64,000 bases of DNA from positions 1,426,001-1,490,000 of the forward strand of contig NC_092673.1 in assembly GCF_964355755.1 (NCBI RefSeq), given 5' to 3'. The translations under genes were made by a program, and so were the position numbers. The first letter of the stretch is position 1, and each line of letters begins with the position of its first letter. This stretch comes from Antedon mediterranea (lineage: Eukaryota; Animalia; Echinodermata). This document shows positions 12,491 to 25,900 of this stretch, in pieces. The notes below the pieces were generated by a model, which was given only the letters and a program-made list of their open reading frames with translations, ran no database searches and had not been told where the DNA came from.

Positions 12491-13670
12491 TTAGCTGCAC
12501 TCATTGGAGATGTGATGACAATAATAGAACAATATAGCAGGGGTTTCTCCAAATTGTTTGTACATAAATTAAATATGATATTTTATATATTTAATAAAAA
12601 CATTACTATTAAACTTAATTGACAGAAACTTTTCGCTTTCAGTGTATTTTTAAACAAGATAAAACAAATCATCACTTCAGCTTCTAATCTACTCGGTAGT
12701 CTGTTTATCGGTAGGATCGCAAAACGGGTTGACCAGATCAACACATAACTAGCTATGCAGTTATGTGAATATTAAGTTTATACCAATATCATTATCTTTA
12801 ATACACAAACTTATCTTATGGTGCATGTGGTATCACAAACTGTGTTTGGGAACCTCGTTCACTGGGGATGAACAATAGGAACAGCAACAACGCCCACAAA
12901 CTATTTGCAATTCTGCATCCATTGTTCTCTACCGTACTATGACCTCCTTCATAAGTTGATTCACGGTTCCATGCTAACTTTTGGAAAATTAATTAGAATT
13001 TGTTAATTTTAATAATTAAGTTTCTACGCGATTTACCTAAATCAGCTTCAATAATAAGTCACACATTTAAGCTTAACGTTAACTAGATTTCAATTCTTCA
13101 ATTTGACAAATAAGGCTATATATTGTGATGATCTAGTAGCCTATATATGAAGAAAGAGGATAACCCCCCCTCCCTCCCTCCCTCCCTCCCCCCGCCCCAC
13201 TTCCTATATCTGCACATAGCTTAACAACTCACAACTCGATTCATTCAACTATAGACTTTGATGACAGTTAACTGAAAGTTAGTCCTCCTGAACAAATATT
13301 GATGTTATAATAAAATAAATAATACCTCATAATAATATGCCTAAATTATTAACTAAGTTTCGGCAAATAAAAATAGCGTGACAAGGGCTATCTTTTATTG
13401 TTTGATGTATGGCAATGTTACGGTCTTGTAGGTTTTATAGTCTTGTGCAATTTTATTAGTACATTATGTCATTGGTTGAGTAGTTTTTGAATCAGGGTTT
13501 GGACTTAAGTCATATCTCTTTTGAGTGTTTACACTGCTGTACTGAACTAAACTATCCTCTTATTCAAACAAATCAGATCCACCACCCGACACGTTTGTTG
13601 AATTTATCACCAGTTTATGAGATATTTCCTAGTGAACGGGTCGTGAAACAGCTATAGAAAACTCTAAAAG

Positions 13671-16600
13671 ATGTCTATAAATTGGGGTGGCCTCATTGGG
13701 GTGGTGATCTTTTATGTCATCATCTTAGCAATTGGATTGTATGCATCTAGGAAAACCAAGGGTAGCACGTCTATGGATGACGTCATGCTTGCTGGAAGAA
13801 GCATTGGACTGTTTGTGGGTGTCTTTACCATGACAGGTAAGCAATCCCTACCGTAGTGTATCACGAGAAAAACGATTTTCATGATTGTTATCCCTGTAAA
13901 GGCTTCACCTTTTCCTAAACCAACCCCCTTTTTACTCCTTTCCCTTCACTACGGGCCTGTATGCCTACTATGGAGGTACGAACTCAGAGAATACCATAGT
14001 AAATTAGATCATTGCTACAACTTATACAATGTAAAAATTCAGTAACAACTTCGCAGTTTTCCTTAGTTTCACCACCAGAAGAGACCGGCCTCAAAACTCG
14101 TACAGCTACTGAGCACCGGTTTACTGAGAGTAGCCTATTTTACCAAGAGACTGTATGCGCAGCGCAGCTCTACGAAGAGCACTCTCTCCATAGACCAAAA
14201 GCATTGCAGAAGATCACAAAAAAATCAAAATAGTTATCGTAACAATTTATCTGTTTTCTTATTAATTAAAAGCGACATGGGTTGGTGGAGGATTTATAAA
14301 CGGAACAGCTCAATCAGTGTATGATTCGGGGTTACTATGGGCGCAGGCCCCATGGGGCTATTCATGCAGCCTAATCATAGGTAAGACCTTTAAAATTAAG
14401 AATAGAAATTATGATATTTATTATTGAAGTAATTGATTGAGTGTGTTACGAAATGTCCCTCATTGTAAAAATGGTCACTCACACATATAAACGTTGAGAT
14501 ATTACTATTTACATGGTAAATATAAACGAGAATAATATAAACCAGATATTATTTCTATTTCTAATTTTTGATCACTTTTTTCTAAATTAAGGTGGACTTT
14601 TCTTTGCTAAGAAGATGCGGGAGCAGGGTCACGTAACCATGTTGGACCCATTTCAGATGAAATTTGGTAATCGAATGGGTGGACTTCTGTTCCTACCAGC
14701 TTTATCTGGAGAGATATTCTGGTCGGGTGCTGTTCTTGCAGCGTTGGGTAATTTTTACAATCTAACATTTACATTCCCATTTTAAATATTATGAGATGTA
14801 AAAAAATCAACCAAATAAGTAAACAATTTGGCGGATGAATATTCAAAGTGGAGAACACTACATAGTTTGCCTACAGCAAACATCACGCACTCATGCTTCT
14901 CGATACAAATCAAATTTATTCTTCAGATTTCTTAATTTTGAAGTAAAAACAAATATTGTGGACTACTTTCATATTATTAGGTTAATTACTGACGTCTTCA
15001 GAAAACCCAGAACAGTATCATAAATATCTTTTAAATGGTGTTTTATAGGATCAACGTTTAGTGTCATTTTGGATATAGACACAACCATTGCTGTTATTGT
15101 GTCAGCATGTATTGCCATGTCCTATACTCTATTCGGAGGTCTTTACTCAGTCGCCTACACAGATGTAGTTCAGTTAATCTGCATATTTTTTGGCTTGGTA
15201 AGTAATATAAACGTCCACCGATACCCCTGTGCTTCATAATATAATGCTGGTGAACAAAGACCAGCGAGACAACTAAAAACGATTATAAAATACGTCTATT
15301 TCGTTAAGATATTTATTAAACAGTTCTTTTAATTAGACCTATTCTCCAGAAATTAATCCAAAATGCTTTTTTATAATATATCTTCAGTGGTTGTCAATAC
15401 CGTTTGCAATGACAAACGAGCATGTTACAAGTATTGCTGAGACAAGTTCGACCTGGCTTGGAACTTGGGATAACCGTTATGCAGCTATCTGGTGTGATCT
15501 TGGCTTACAGTTGGTATGCATTCCATTCCAAGAGTGACACCAGCACGATGAAAGAGAAACACAAGTTAGTGACGCGCGCGTACACAAATACATATTGCGC
15601 TGTATTATCAGCGTTTGTACGCGCGCATGCACAAGTCTTGGGTTTCTATATGGTGTCTTTCTCTAACGGTTTAGATATTTTATTCGTTGTTCGTTGTCTA
15701 CACTATCAAGCTAGTTTGACAACAAATGTCACATAAAGTTTGATAATGTAGACAGAGCTTTTAGAATGATATTATTTTATTCGTTGTTTTAGTTTGAAGT
15801 TTCTTCTGTAACATTTCTCAAGTCAGCGTGACTGAGGAGGACGCTGCCATAAAAACACTAAGTATCAATAAAATTAATAATAACTTTTTGGATTTTATGC
15901 GCGCATGTTGTTATATTAAATGCGTACTATCCAGTACGTTATTTAATAAGCTTGATTCACACTAGAAACCAGTACAAGAACGTAGACGTAACGCAAATGA
16001 GTTGACCAATAGCATGCAACAGCTTTATTAATTCATTTGATTGGTCAAGTAATTTACGTTGCGCCTAGATCTTTGCGTTGCGTCGTTTTGAAATCAATTT
16101 CAAACGCGCTGTTTATGCCTTAATGGTCGATTTGAAACCTTACCTAGGCCCTATACTGTTACTTAAATAAATATATAAATGGATTTTATTTGTATTCTTT
16201 ATTTTTGTGTTTGATATATAGATATTTGGAGGTTTACCATGGCAAGTGTATTTTCAACGCGTCCTGTCCGCTAAGAGTGCGCGGTACTCACAAATCTTGT
16301 CTTACGCAGCCGCTGTTGGCTGTATGGTAATGACAATACCATCGGTCCTTATTGGAGCAATCGCCACAAGCACAAGTAAATTGAATCCTATGGTAGATTC
16401 CAGACCGAAATTAGTAAAAAGATATATATTTTTGCACATATGGCGTTTCATACGTATAATACTTTAGCTCATATTTTCATTATTTTTAAAAAACGAAACG
16501 CCGACTAGTGGACGACTAACATAAAAAAGACAATTAATGCAGAACTTTGCATCCGTACTGGCATGGGTTAACAATTTAAAAAACAAAATCAACAAATATG

Positions 16601-18749
16601 TAAACTATTAAACCAGATCCATCTGCGGGGTCCGACGCATAGGCCTATTTTTAAATATTATTTATTTGTTGACCATGCACTACCTTTGAATCGGTGGCAC
16701 TTGTGACAAGAAACAAAACATAACAGAACATATTATTATATACCCTTAAGGTTGATCTAAGTGATATTAAATTAACATTTAAAGAAAATGTAATATACTT
16801 GAAAACGCCTGAACAGCAACAACGTTTTTTCTTTATAGATTGGACTGCAACTGACTATGGCCAAGAAATCACAGACAGCAACATTGTACTTCCTCTAGTG
16901 CTGCAATACCTGACTCCTCAAGTTGTCTCCATCATCGGTCTTGGAGCTGTCTGCGCCGCTGTGATGTCATCAGCTGATTCGTCACTTCTCTCGGCTAGCT
17001 CCATGTTTGCACGAAACATATACAAACTCCTAATAAGGCAAAATGTTAGTTTAACACATTCGTATAAACTGAATCAGTCAGAGATCTTCACGTTTTAGTA
17101 GTACAGCTCTCATCCATACGACCATCATGTTTAGGAAACAATATAAGAAATAAACATGACGTGTTTTGTAAAGGCCAACTCTGATAGCATCATACGACGA
17201 CGCCCGACAAAACGTCTTGACTCGTCGTTGGTGCTGTCTGAGTTGAATCCCGACGAGATGAGTCGTCTTGAAATAGCGTCGGGCGTAGTTTTTAGGTCGT
17301 CGCGAGAACTTTAAACAGGATTAATTTTCTTTCGACGATCGAGACGACTCGTCGGGCTTTGTCGTACGACGCTGTCTCAGTTGGCCTTTACATTTATAAA
17401 ATGTATATAGGCCTATTCCTTATACTGTGGGAAAACTTTTACTTGTTTGAAATATTTACAATGCGTATACTTTTTATTTTGAAGGCAAGCGAAACCGAAA
17501 TCATTTGGGTGATGAGGGCATCGGTGATAGTGTCTGGAGCAATCGCTACAACATTAGCGATTACTATCAACTCAATTTACGGGCTGTTCTACCTCTGTTC
17601 CGACTTTGTCTACGTCGTTTTGTTTCCACAACTCCTGTCCGTTGTGTACATCGAATTCACAAATACGTACGGCTCGCTCGCCGCCTATATAGTTGGACTT
17701 ACGTTACGACTCGGAGGCGGAGAACCACTGCTGAATCTCAACCCGTTTATAGAGTACCCGTATTTTGACAACGGTGAACAGTTGTTTCCGTTCAGAACAT
17801 TCTCTATGTTGTGTGCTTTAGCTACGCTGCTCCTTGTGTCCCTTCTCTTTCATTTCTTGTTCACAAAGAAAATACTCGACAAAAAATATGACATTTTTAA
17901 ATGTGTGACCAACGTGCCGCCAGCACCAGATCCAGTAATGTTAAATATGAAATCAATAGATGAAGATAGAAAAGATGGTTAGTATTATATACTATTTTGA
18001 ATCATAAGTTGTTAGGGACCCCTCATGAAACGTCACAAAATAAACATTAATACTCATTAGTAATATCCATATAAGGTGTGACGTAAGAATTGAGCTACCC
18101 GGATAGTTCTGATATCAATTAAATTTATTAAAGTAGTACCTCTAGAGATGAAATGCAAGGACGTAACGCAACGTAGTTGAGTTGGCCAATCACAAGCGAT
18201 GGATTATTCGAACGCTCGCTTGTCATTGGTTACACGCTTGCGTTGCGTTTACGTCCTTGAGTTGCGTCCTAGTGGGAACCAAGCTTAAGAAAGAGATAGA
18301 AATATACAGTAAAATCAGGAAAGAAATCAAAATGATATTTGAAAACAACATACATTTACAATAAACAATCACAGTTAAAATGTAGTGATGCTACTTGCAA
18401 TGTGTTGTTAATGATAATGAATATCCCTAATACTAACACATAGATAACGATTCAAAAACATCAACATTGAAGTTTGGTTCCCAATAGGACGCAACGCAAA
18501 GACGTAAACGCAACGCAAGCTAGTTTACCAATGACAAGCGACAGTTGAAATAATCCATCGCTTGTGATTGGTCAACTCACTTACATTTTGTTACGTCCTT
18601 GTGTTGCGTCTCTAGTGATGGGAACCAATTACCCTCTTGCTAAAATTACCGCTATTCTTTTTATAGATTTTGATTCTGAGGTTAGCGAGTCAAAGAACGA
18701 TACTGAGAAGGCTGGGATAGATAATCGTGGAGCTGAAATTGAATTGTAA
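13671..18749 (+). CDS. SLC5A7: High-affinity choline transporter 1-like (SLC5A7/CHT1), paralog A
   Basis: Exons 13671-13836, 14273-14380, 14592-14747, 15049-15197, 15388-15513, 16222-16375, 16839-17044, 17485-17977, 18667-18749 join in frame. Motifs: [67 protein letters not shown]. Confidence 0.93.
15948..16085. mobile_element. Degenerate MITE of the GACGCAACGCAA family (also at 18141-18629)
   Basis: gacgtaacgcaa…ttgaccaat…attggtcaa…ttgcgttgcgtc internal inverted structure. Confidence 0.55.
17172..17387. mobile_element. Harbinger-type MITE in an SLC5A7-A intron
   Basis: TIRs aggccaact…/…agttggcct, TWA flanks (taa/tta), internal acgac/gtcgt repeats. Confidence 0.7.
18141..18629. mobile_element. 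Two oppositely oriented copies of a ~150-bp MITE (18141-18287 and 18471-18629)
   Basis: ccaatcacaagcgatggattatt…tcgcttgtcattggt…gttgcgtcctagtgggaaccaagc versus ttggttcccaataggacgcaac…ccaatgacaagcga…aataatccatcgcttgtgattgg. Confidence 0.7.
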
Positions 18750-19992
18750 ACATCTTGCGGAGAAGAAGTAGGGCCTACGTATTGTTATAATATACCAATA
18801 TGTTGCCAAACCTTTGATCGCTAATACGACATACTGATTGAAAAAGTTTATGATGGACGACATTGTTATTTCGGATCTTGATTTACGAAGACTATAATTA
18901 CTGATACTGATTTTATTGTCCATAGTAATATAAAATGGAAATACATTTGAAACTGGCATGAAATATAAAAAACAAAGAACAAAAAAAAAAAAGATTATAT
19001 TGTTCGTAAACATTACCTGCTAATAAAGTAACATGATAAGCAACACCAACATTCTTTTATTTCATATGCATCCAGCAGCGACTAAAAGGATAGATAAACT
19101 GTTATCATTTATCGTGCTTATAAAGTCTCATTTGAGGCTTAGCGAGTGGAGTTACAACACTGGATCCTGAGAAGGCAAGCACGTTAACCACCAAGCTATA
19201 GCTCTACTGTTGTTTTGTGTCTAATGATTCGATATAGGCCTATAGCATTTTGATTTAATTTTCAAATTATTTTAATTTACCGACATTGGCTCTATGTGTA
19301 AGTCTAGAGATAGGACCATGTGCTCTCCAGTTAGCGCACGAATAATAAAAAGAAAATACTGTAAAGTAACTGAATCAATAATTTTAAAAAAGTAACATAA
19401 AACGTTAATGATTAAAACTCATAAACATGATTGTTTGTCAAATGAACATACTAATGGTAAAATGTAAAATAACGTTCAAGGAAACTAAATTATGTTTAAA
19501 ACTTTAAACGACTCCAGAATATACTATGAGAACTAATCGATATATACTAAGCGTATTCTCACTGATATGCGTGCGTCGTATGAGCAAGGCTCGAATTTGC
19601 GACTCTCGTAATTAAATATCACGTAGGCCCTATTACGAGATTAAATGAGATGAGAGTTTAGTGTGAGTGTACCGTGTGGTCGTACTGTTTTCTAGTAGAA
19701 GGGTTAGAAAAATAGAAAACTACCGTCAAGTGAAAAGTTAATACGATCAAATAAAGAACGAAATAAACATAACAAAACAGAAAACTAGTCCATACTGCAA
19801 AGAATTTATTTAAACGCCGCACCATGAGAGGCCTGGATGTGCTTTAAAATAGTTAGGTCCCTGGGGATTTGTCTGCTGCCGCCAGCGTTTAGTTATGCCA
19901 TACATTATTACTGTAACGATACAATCGCACAGGTTCATTCAGCAGTGTTGTGTGTGTTGAGTTAAACCAAAAAGTTTGATACAAATTACAAA

Positions 19993-22900
19993 ATGGCTGT
20001 AAATTGGGGAGGATTGGTTGGTGTTATTATATTCTATGGCATAATACTAGCAATTGGTCTTTATGCCTCAAGAAGAATTAAAGATAAGACTTCTATGGAA
20101 GATGTAATGCTTGCAGGAAGAAATATTGGATTGTTTGTTGGTATATTCACCATGACTGGTAAGTACCTAAATCCTAAAAGTTACATTTACACTAGGCCTA
20201 GTTATTTTCTTATCTTATAAAAACCTTAACTATAATATCGATGTGTATTTTACGTTTTGCTAACACTGTTTTTACGTTCTTTAATGTTAAAAAATAGAGT
20301 TAGCAAATCGGATTAAGCCATTATTAATAGCTGAACTTAAGCATCGAATCCGGCTTTGTTATATTGGTCACATCTGCTAAAGAATATAACCGTTAAGTAT
20401 CTAATCTGACCTTCTTAATGTAGAATTTCTTGAAGGTCAAGGCGTAACGTAGTAAAGCTTGTTTTTGTTGCATCGGTGCAATAAATAATTGCTTGTTTAA
20501 CGGTATATTAATCAAAATCTGACATTTTGTACTTTTATTTTCTTGTTATATTATATTTTGTTCAGTTCAGTACAAATTTTTGTCACGCTTTGGAAAAAGA
20601 TCTATATACTGACATTGAATTAGTTCAATATGTGGAGCAAAATAAAGTTAAGGGTTCGGAGAAAAAAATAAGGAAAATGTACATGGATCTTATGTTAGTC
20701 TTTAAATGTGTGTACCTTTAGACGACGTGGAAACTTAGACAAATGTAATACTTTTAATAGACAAACGTAACAACTTATTGACAAACTTAATAATGTATAG
20801 ACAAACGTAATAACTTACAAACAAACGTAATAACTTATAGACATGATTTTGCAAATGTGATATTTTACCAACCACACCCACCGCAAACTGACCTAATATT
20901 ATCGTAATCTCTTAAACTTAACTTTTATGCTCTGAATAATTATCTATTTTTCATTCATAAATATTAATAATTATTATTATTATTATTATTATTAGTGTTA
21001 TTATTATTATTATTATTATTAGTGTTATTATTATTATTATTATTACAGCTACTTGGGTTGGTGGAGGTTTTATAAACGGTACTGCTGAGGCGGTACATAG
21101 CAATGGACTAGTATGGGCACAGGCCCCTTGGGGCTACTCATGTAGCTTGATTGTAGGTATGTACATTTTATTTTAATCGGCGTTATTATTTATTAATATA
21201 TATTTTTCTAACTAGATTTTCACAACTATTTCAACGAATTTTATTCTTATTTTTCTCCATTTAGTTTAAATATAGACGTGTCATATCTGGAAATATAATT
21301 GAAATCAATTACCGTATAACGCCATTTTTCGTTTTCAGTAACATTTCAAAATATGATAACCTACACTAGTACACATTGTGTACACTATAGTTTTTCTTGT
21401 TGCTTACAAAATGTTGACGCGAATGTGCTATTTGACACCTTTGTTTGCAAAGAGCCACCTTAAAATGTAAACTTTGTTTTAAGTTTAATTTTTTAAACGC
21501 TTACCGGTATTTCAAATTTAAGGTGGACGATTTTTTGCTAAGAAAATGAGAGAAAGTGGCTACGTGACCATGCTGGACCCATTCCAGAAGAAGTTTGGTA
21601 AACGAATGGGTGGAATGTTGTTTTTACCTGCTCTTTCTGGAGAACTATTCTGGTCAAGTGCAATTCTCGCAGCTCTTGGTAAGGCTCTGTCTACAATATC
21701 AAACTTTATGCGACACAAAAAAAATGCGATGTGCCCATATACCATATACCATATTTAAGCATATCGCTACCATATTTGGTCACATCACAGTTTTTTGTCA
21801 AAGTTTAATAGTGACTCGACGGAACATAAGATGAAGTTCCAAACTTAAAGGTGGGCCATATCAAGAGTACTAGGTATGGAACTTAAAGATGGGCCATATC
21901 AAGATGGGCCATATCAAGATGGGGCATATCAAGATGGGGCATATCAAGATGGGGCATATCAAGTTGTACTAGGTCTAGAATGAAATCATACTTTATTTTA
22001 AAACCTTTAATTATATTCTAGGATCCACATTCAGTGTCATTTTGGATATCAACAAAACAGCATCTATAATCATATCTGCTTGTATTGCTATGTTCTATAC
22101 ACTGTTTGGAGGACTTTACTCCGTGGCATACACTGATGTTGTCCAGTTGTCATGCATTGGTCTTGGCTTGGTGAGTATTTAATTCAAACCAAACATTAAT
22201 CCATACTTGCCATCACCCCACCTTCAATACACATATGCATCGACGAAAGATTATTTATTATTTAATTGAAAATCAACGAGTTCTTCCAGAAAATCCAAAA
22301 CAAAATATTGTTCTTTAACAATAATTAATCCTTGCCATGTTTGTATCATAATTGATTTGATCCAATGGTTGACGGAGTGCGATAACCACATCTTTGTTTT
22401 AATCCAAGATTTTCCAATTTGTTCAATATAAAAATGTACTTATGGTATGATATATAATTTCTGAACTTGCCTGTCCAATTGCAAAAGTCTGTCAATTTAT
22501 ATACATAATACTATATACATCCTACACCTTTCTAAATATAGAATTGAGTCAAGTCAACCGACTCATTCAACAAAGGACGAATTCATAATTCTGATAATGC
22601 AAATGGCGTCTGCATAATCCTAATCTTTCCTATAACATGACTAATGAAAACGTGTAACATTATAGCATTTAAAAAAATGTATCATTATAAATATCAGTAT
22701 GTTGTTTTTATACATAATCTATTCTACCATACCTCTAAAACACCAGAAGATTATCTTTATTGGACCACAAATAGGAATATATAATTTAAATTGACAATTT
22801 ACACATTGAGTGCATTTATTTTTAATGTAAAGATGGCGTCTATCCTCTGGTTGTTCATAACAATTCGTTTTGCTTTGAATTACCATTGCTAATCGAATTC

Positions 22901-25900
22901 ACAGTCGATACTCATGTATACAATGGTTTAACAAAAACACAATACACGATGTTGTTGTATTTCCGCGTCGAGTATTACGCTATTCATATTAAACAGAGCG
23001 TTACGTTTGTTTGTTGACAATACTTTCTCCTACTACCACTATTATTAGTTAAAAATCCAACCGCCATAACATTCAAAACGTTAATAACAAAGTTTACATT
23101 TTAGTGTCATTCCAGCAACGAATGTTGGATTGGGGAGGTGGTGCATACTTTCCGATCCTTCGTTCCACATGTGTGTACGTTGATCAATTTTAACTCCATA
23201 TCATAATATTTAGGCCACTAATTCATGGTGTGGCAAATTTCAGAAGCGATGCTTGGCCTACTTTTTTGACATACCAAATTGTTGAATCTGGACTGGTTTA
23301 ATGCTCGTGGTGGCCGATTTCCAAAAGGCGGTGGTCTTAAAACAATATACTGATGTACATCATTTGTTTGATTAGAAAATACAAATTTCCCCAATTTTTT
23401 CCATGAGCTCATAAATCTTAATGGCCTTAGTGCTAATCTAGCATCAGTAGGCCCTTAATCCAGATATCGGATGCTGGTAAGATTATCCAATTAAATGGGT
23501 CAACTATCCGGTTTAACATTTACAGCAATCCGGAGCTTATTTCTCAGCATTCACTACTTGTCTTTGAAAAAAAAACAACATTACCAACGTATGGCCAAGT
23601 GCTAAATTAATAGATATATTCAATATGGTTGAATAAAAGAGCGATTATTAACGTCATTATTGCGTACCCTGTGCATTGGTATTTTGTGAGAGAAAATGAC
23701 AATAATGCATAACCATTGGATTTCCGCCATCTTTACATATTAAATGATAATTTCTGTGCATCTCATAATGAATGACAATATATTCTAGTTTGTTATTGTT
23801 ATATTATTATTATTATGGCAAAATTGGCACATGCGCAGACTATGCTATGTCAACTATTATTATTATTTGTTATTGTTGTAACATAGCTGAGTTACTTTTA
23901 GAGCATTACACGTCTACAATACAGATATCCGTTGAAAGAGGAGTTGGGAACTGCAGACGGTTCCAGAAGTAAACTTCTCGGTGTGTGGGACAGATAAGTG
24001 CTCAACTTGTCCGGCATCGTTTGGCCAAAAGACCAACGTTTGTTTATTATACTGTCTTTTAGTATTAGTATCTCTAATAATCGCTTAAAACATCTTGAAT
24101 AAAATGCTTGTCGTCGGCGAAGTATAGCTTTAGGATTAATTATGAAGATGAGTGGACAACTAAAACCACTCCAGACATTGTGAACTTTTAAAGAATTACT
24201 GAATAATTATCTAAAATCTATAATTATGGTGTTTTTTCCTCTTTAAAACTACAAAATATCACTCAAGACGACAAGCATTTTATCATATTTATGTTATTTT
24301 TTAAGTGAACCAAATTCAGTAATTTAATGCTTTGTCTTATAATTAATGTTTTGTCTTATAATATGTATGTTAACCTAACTTGCCATCTATAATATTGAAG
24401 ATTACAACATTATTGTTATAGCTACTGACACGAGTACATAAAAATGACACACTAGGCCCTATTGAGGGTTCATGCAGTTTTTTGTCTTCATAGCGTCAAT
24501 GATATTTTATGTTGCCTAGAAAGACACTAAAAACATGAATGTGTCGTAATGTACTATAAATAGAACAGATACATAAAAATTAAAGTTATATTCAACATCG
24601 TTCCCGGAAACTAAAACTAAAATTGAATTAGTGATGGCGCCTTCTAAACACGTCGACCTTGGCATTATTATTTAATTTGCATGCGAATAAAATAAAAATA
24701 GGAAATGATTCTAAAGATTTACAAAAATAACTTTAACAACTTTTTTTGTCTGAAGTCTACAATTTCCATTTTGTTTATAATAGTTCTTTTGTGTCATCCA
24801 TAGTGGTTGTCAATCCCGTTTGCCTTTACAAATGAACACGTGAGCAGCATCTCCCTCACCAAAGAGGATTGGCTTGGAAGCTGGGATAGTAGGAAGAGCG
24901 GAATATGGGTTGACTATGGCTTTCTTCTGGTAGGCAACTCTTCTGCTGTTCAGCCACAATATATAATTAGTTTAGCCTAAATATACAGAATATAGGCTTA
25001 CAGAACATAAAGTAATAAATATAATTGTGTTCGTAGAATTAGCAATGGAATCACGAGCTTATATATATTAAGCCTATAAAGTATACAAAAGTATTTTGTC
25101 TTTTGTAGATTTTCGGAGGAATACCATGGCAGGTGTATTTCCAGCGCGTATTGTCTGCAAAAACCGCTCGATACGCGCAGATCCTTTCTTACACTGCCGG
25201 TGCTGGATGCATGTTTATGACTATACCGTCGATCTTAATTGGTGCCCTAGGAGCAAGCACAGGTGAGCAACATTAAAAGAGTTAACCATAGTTTGCACTC
25301 GAAAACTTCAGTTTGCAAAAAAAAACTTTAGCAGAAAAAAGAATCAATAAATTGGTAAAGTTAGATTGAATAACTGTGGTAAACTAGGTTAAATTAAGCA
25401 CATGGACAAGCACCTTTGAGCCACAGTATTGGCACATTAGTAGATATATACTGTACACATTGTGGTATAGATTTGCCGTGGATTTGTATTTGTATATTAT
25501 AAATTATCTTTTTTTTCAGATTGGGAAGCAACTGATTATGGACGAAACGCAACCGATAGTAGCCTTATCCTACCACTAGTGCTGCAATACCTTACACCTC
25601 AAGGCGTCTCCATCATCGGCCTTGGGGCTGTCTGTGCCGCTGTCATGTCTTCAGCCGATTCTTCTCTTCTCTCCGCTAGTTCCATGTTTTCCCGTAATGT
25701 TTACAAGCTACTTATAAGACAAGACGTAAATATATTTATTTATATATAGCCAGCTAAAGCTCTGTCTACCAAACTATTGAAGTTAAAAAGTGTGATAATA
25801 CCGAAATATGGTACTGATATGACATCTTGTCCATATTGGGCACATCACATTTTTTTGTCACATAAAGTTTGATAGTGTAAACAGAGCTAAGAAATTTAGT

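Noticed and set aside
22250-23420. Possible nested gene or decayed coding sequence on the minus strand of SLC5A7-B intron 4
   Set aside because: Short frames broken by stops, with no recognisable motif or consistent splice sites. A translated search would be needed.
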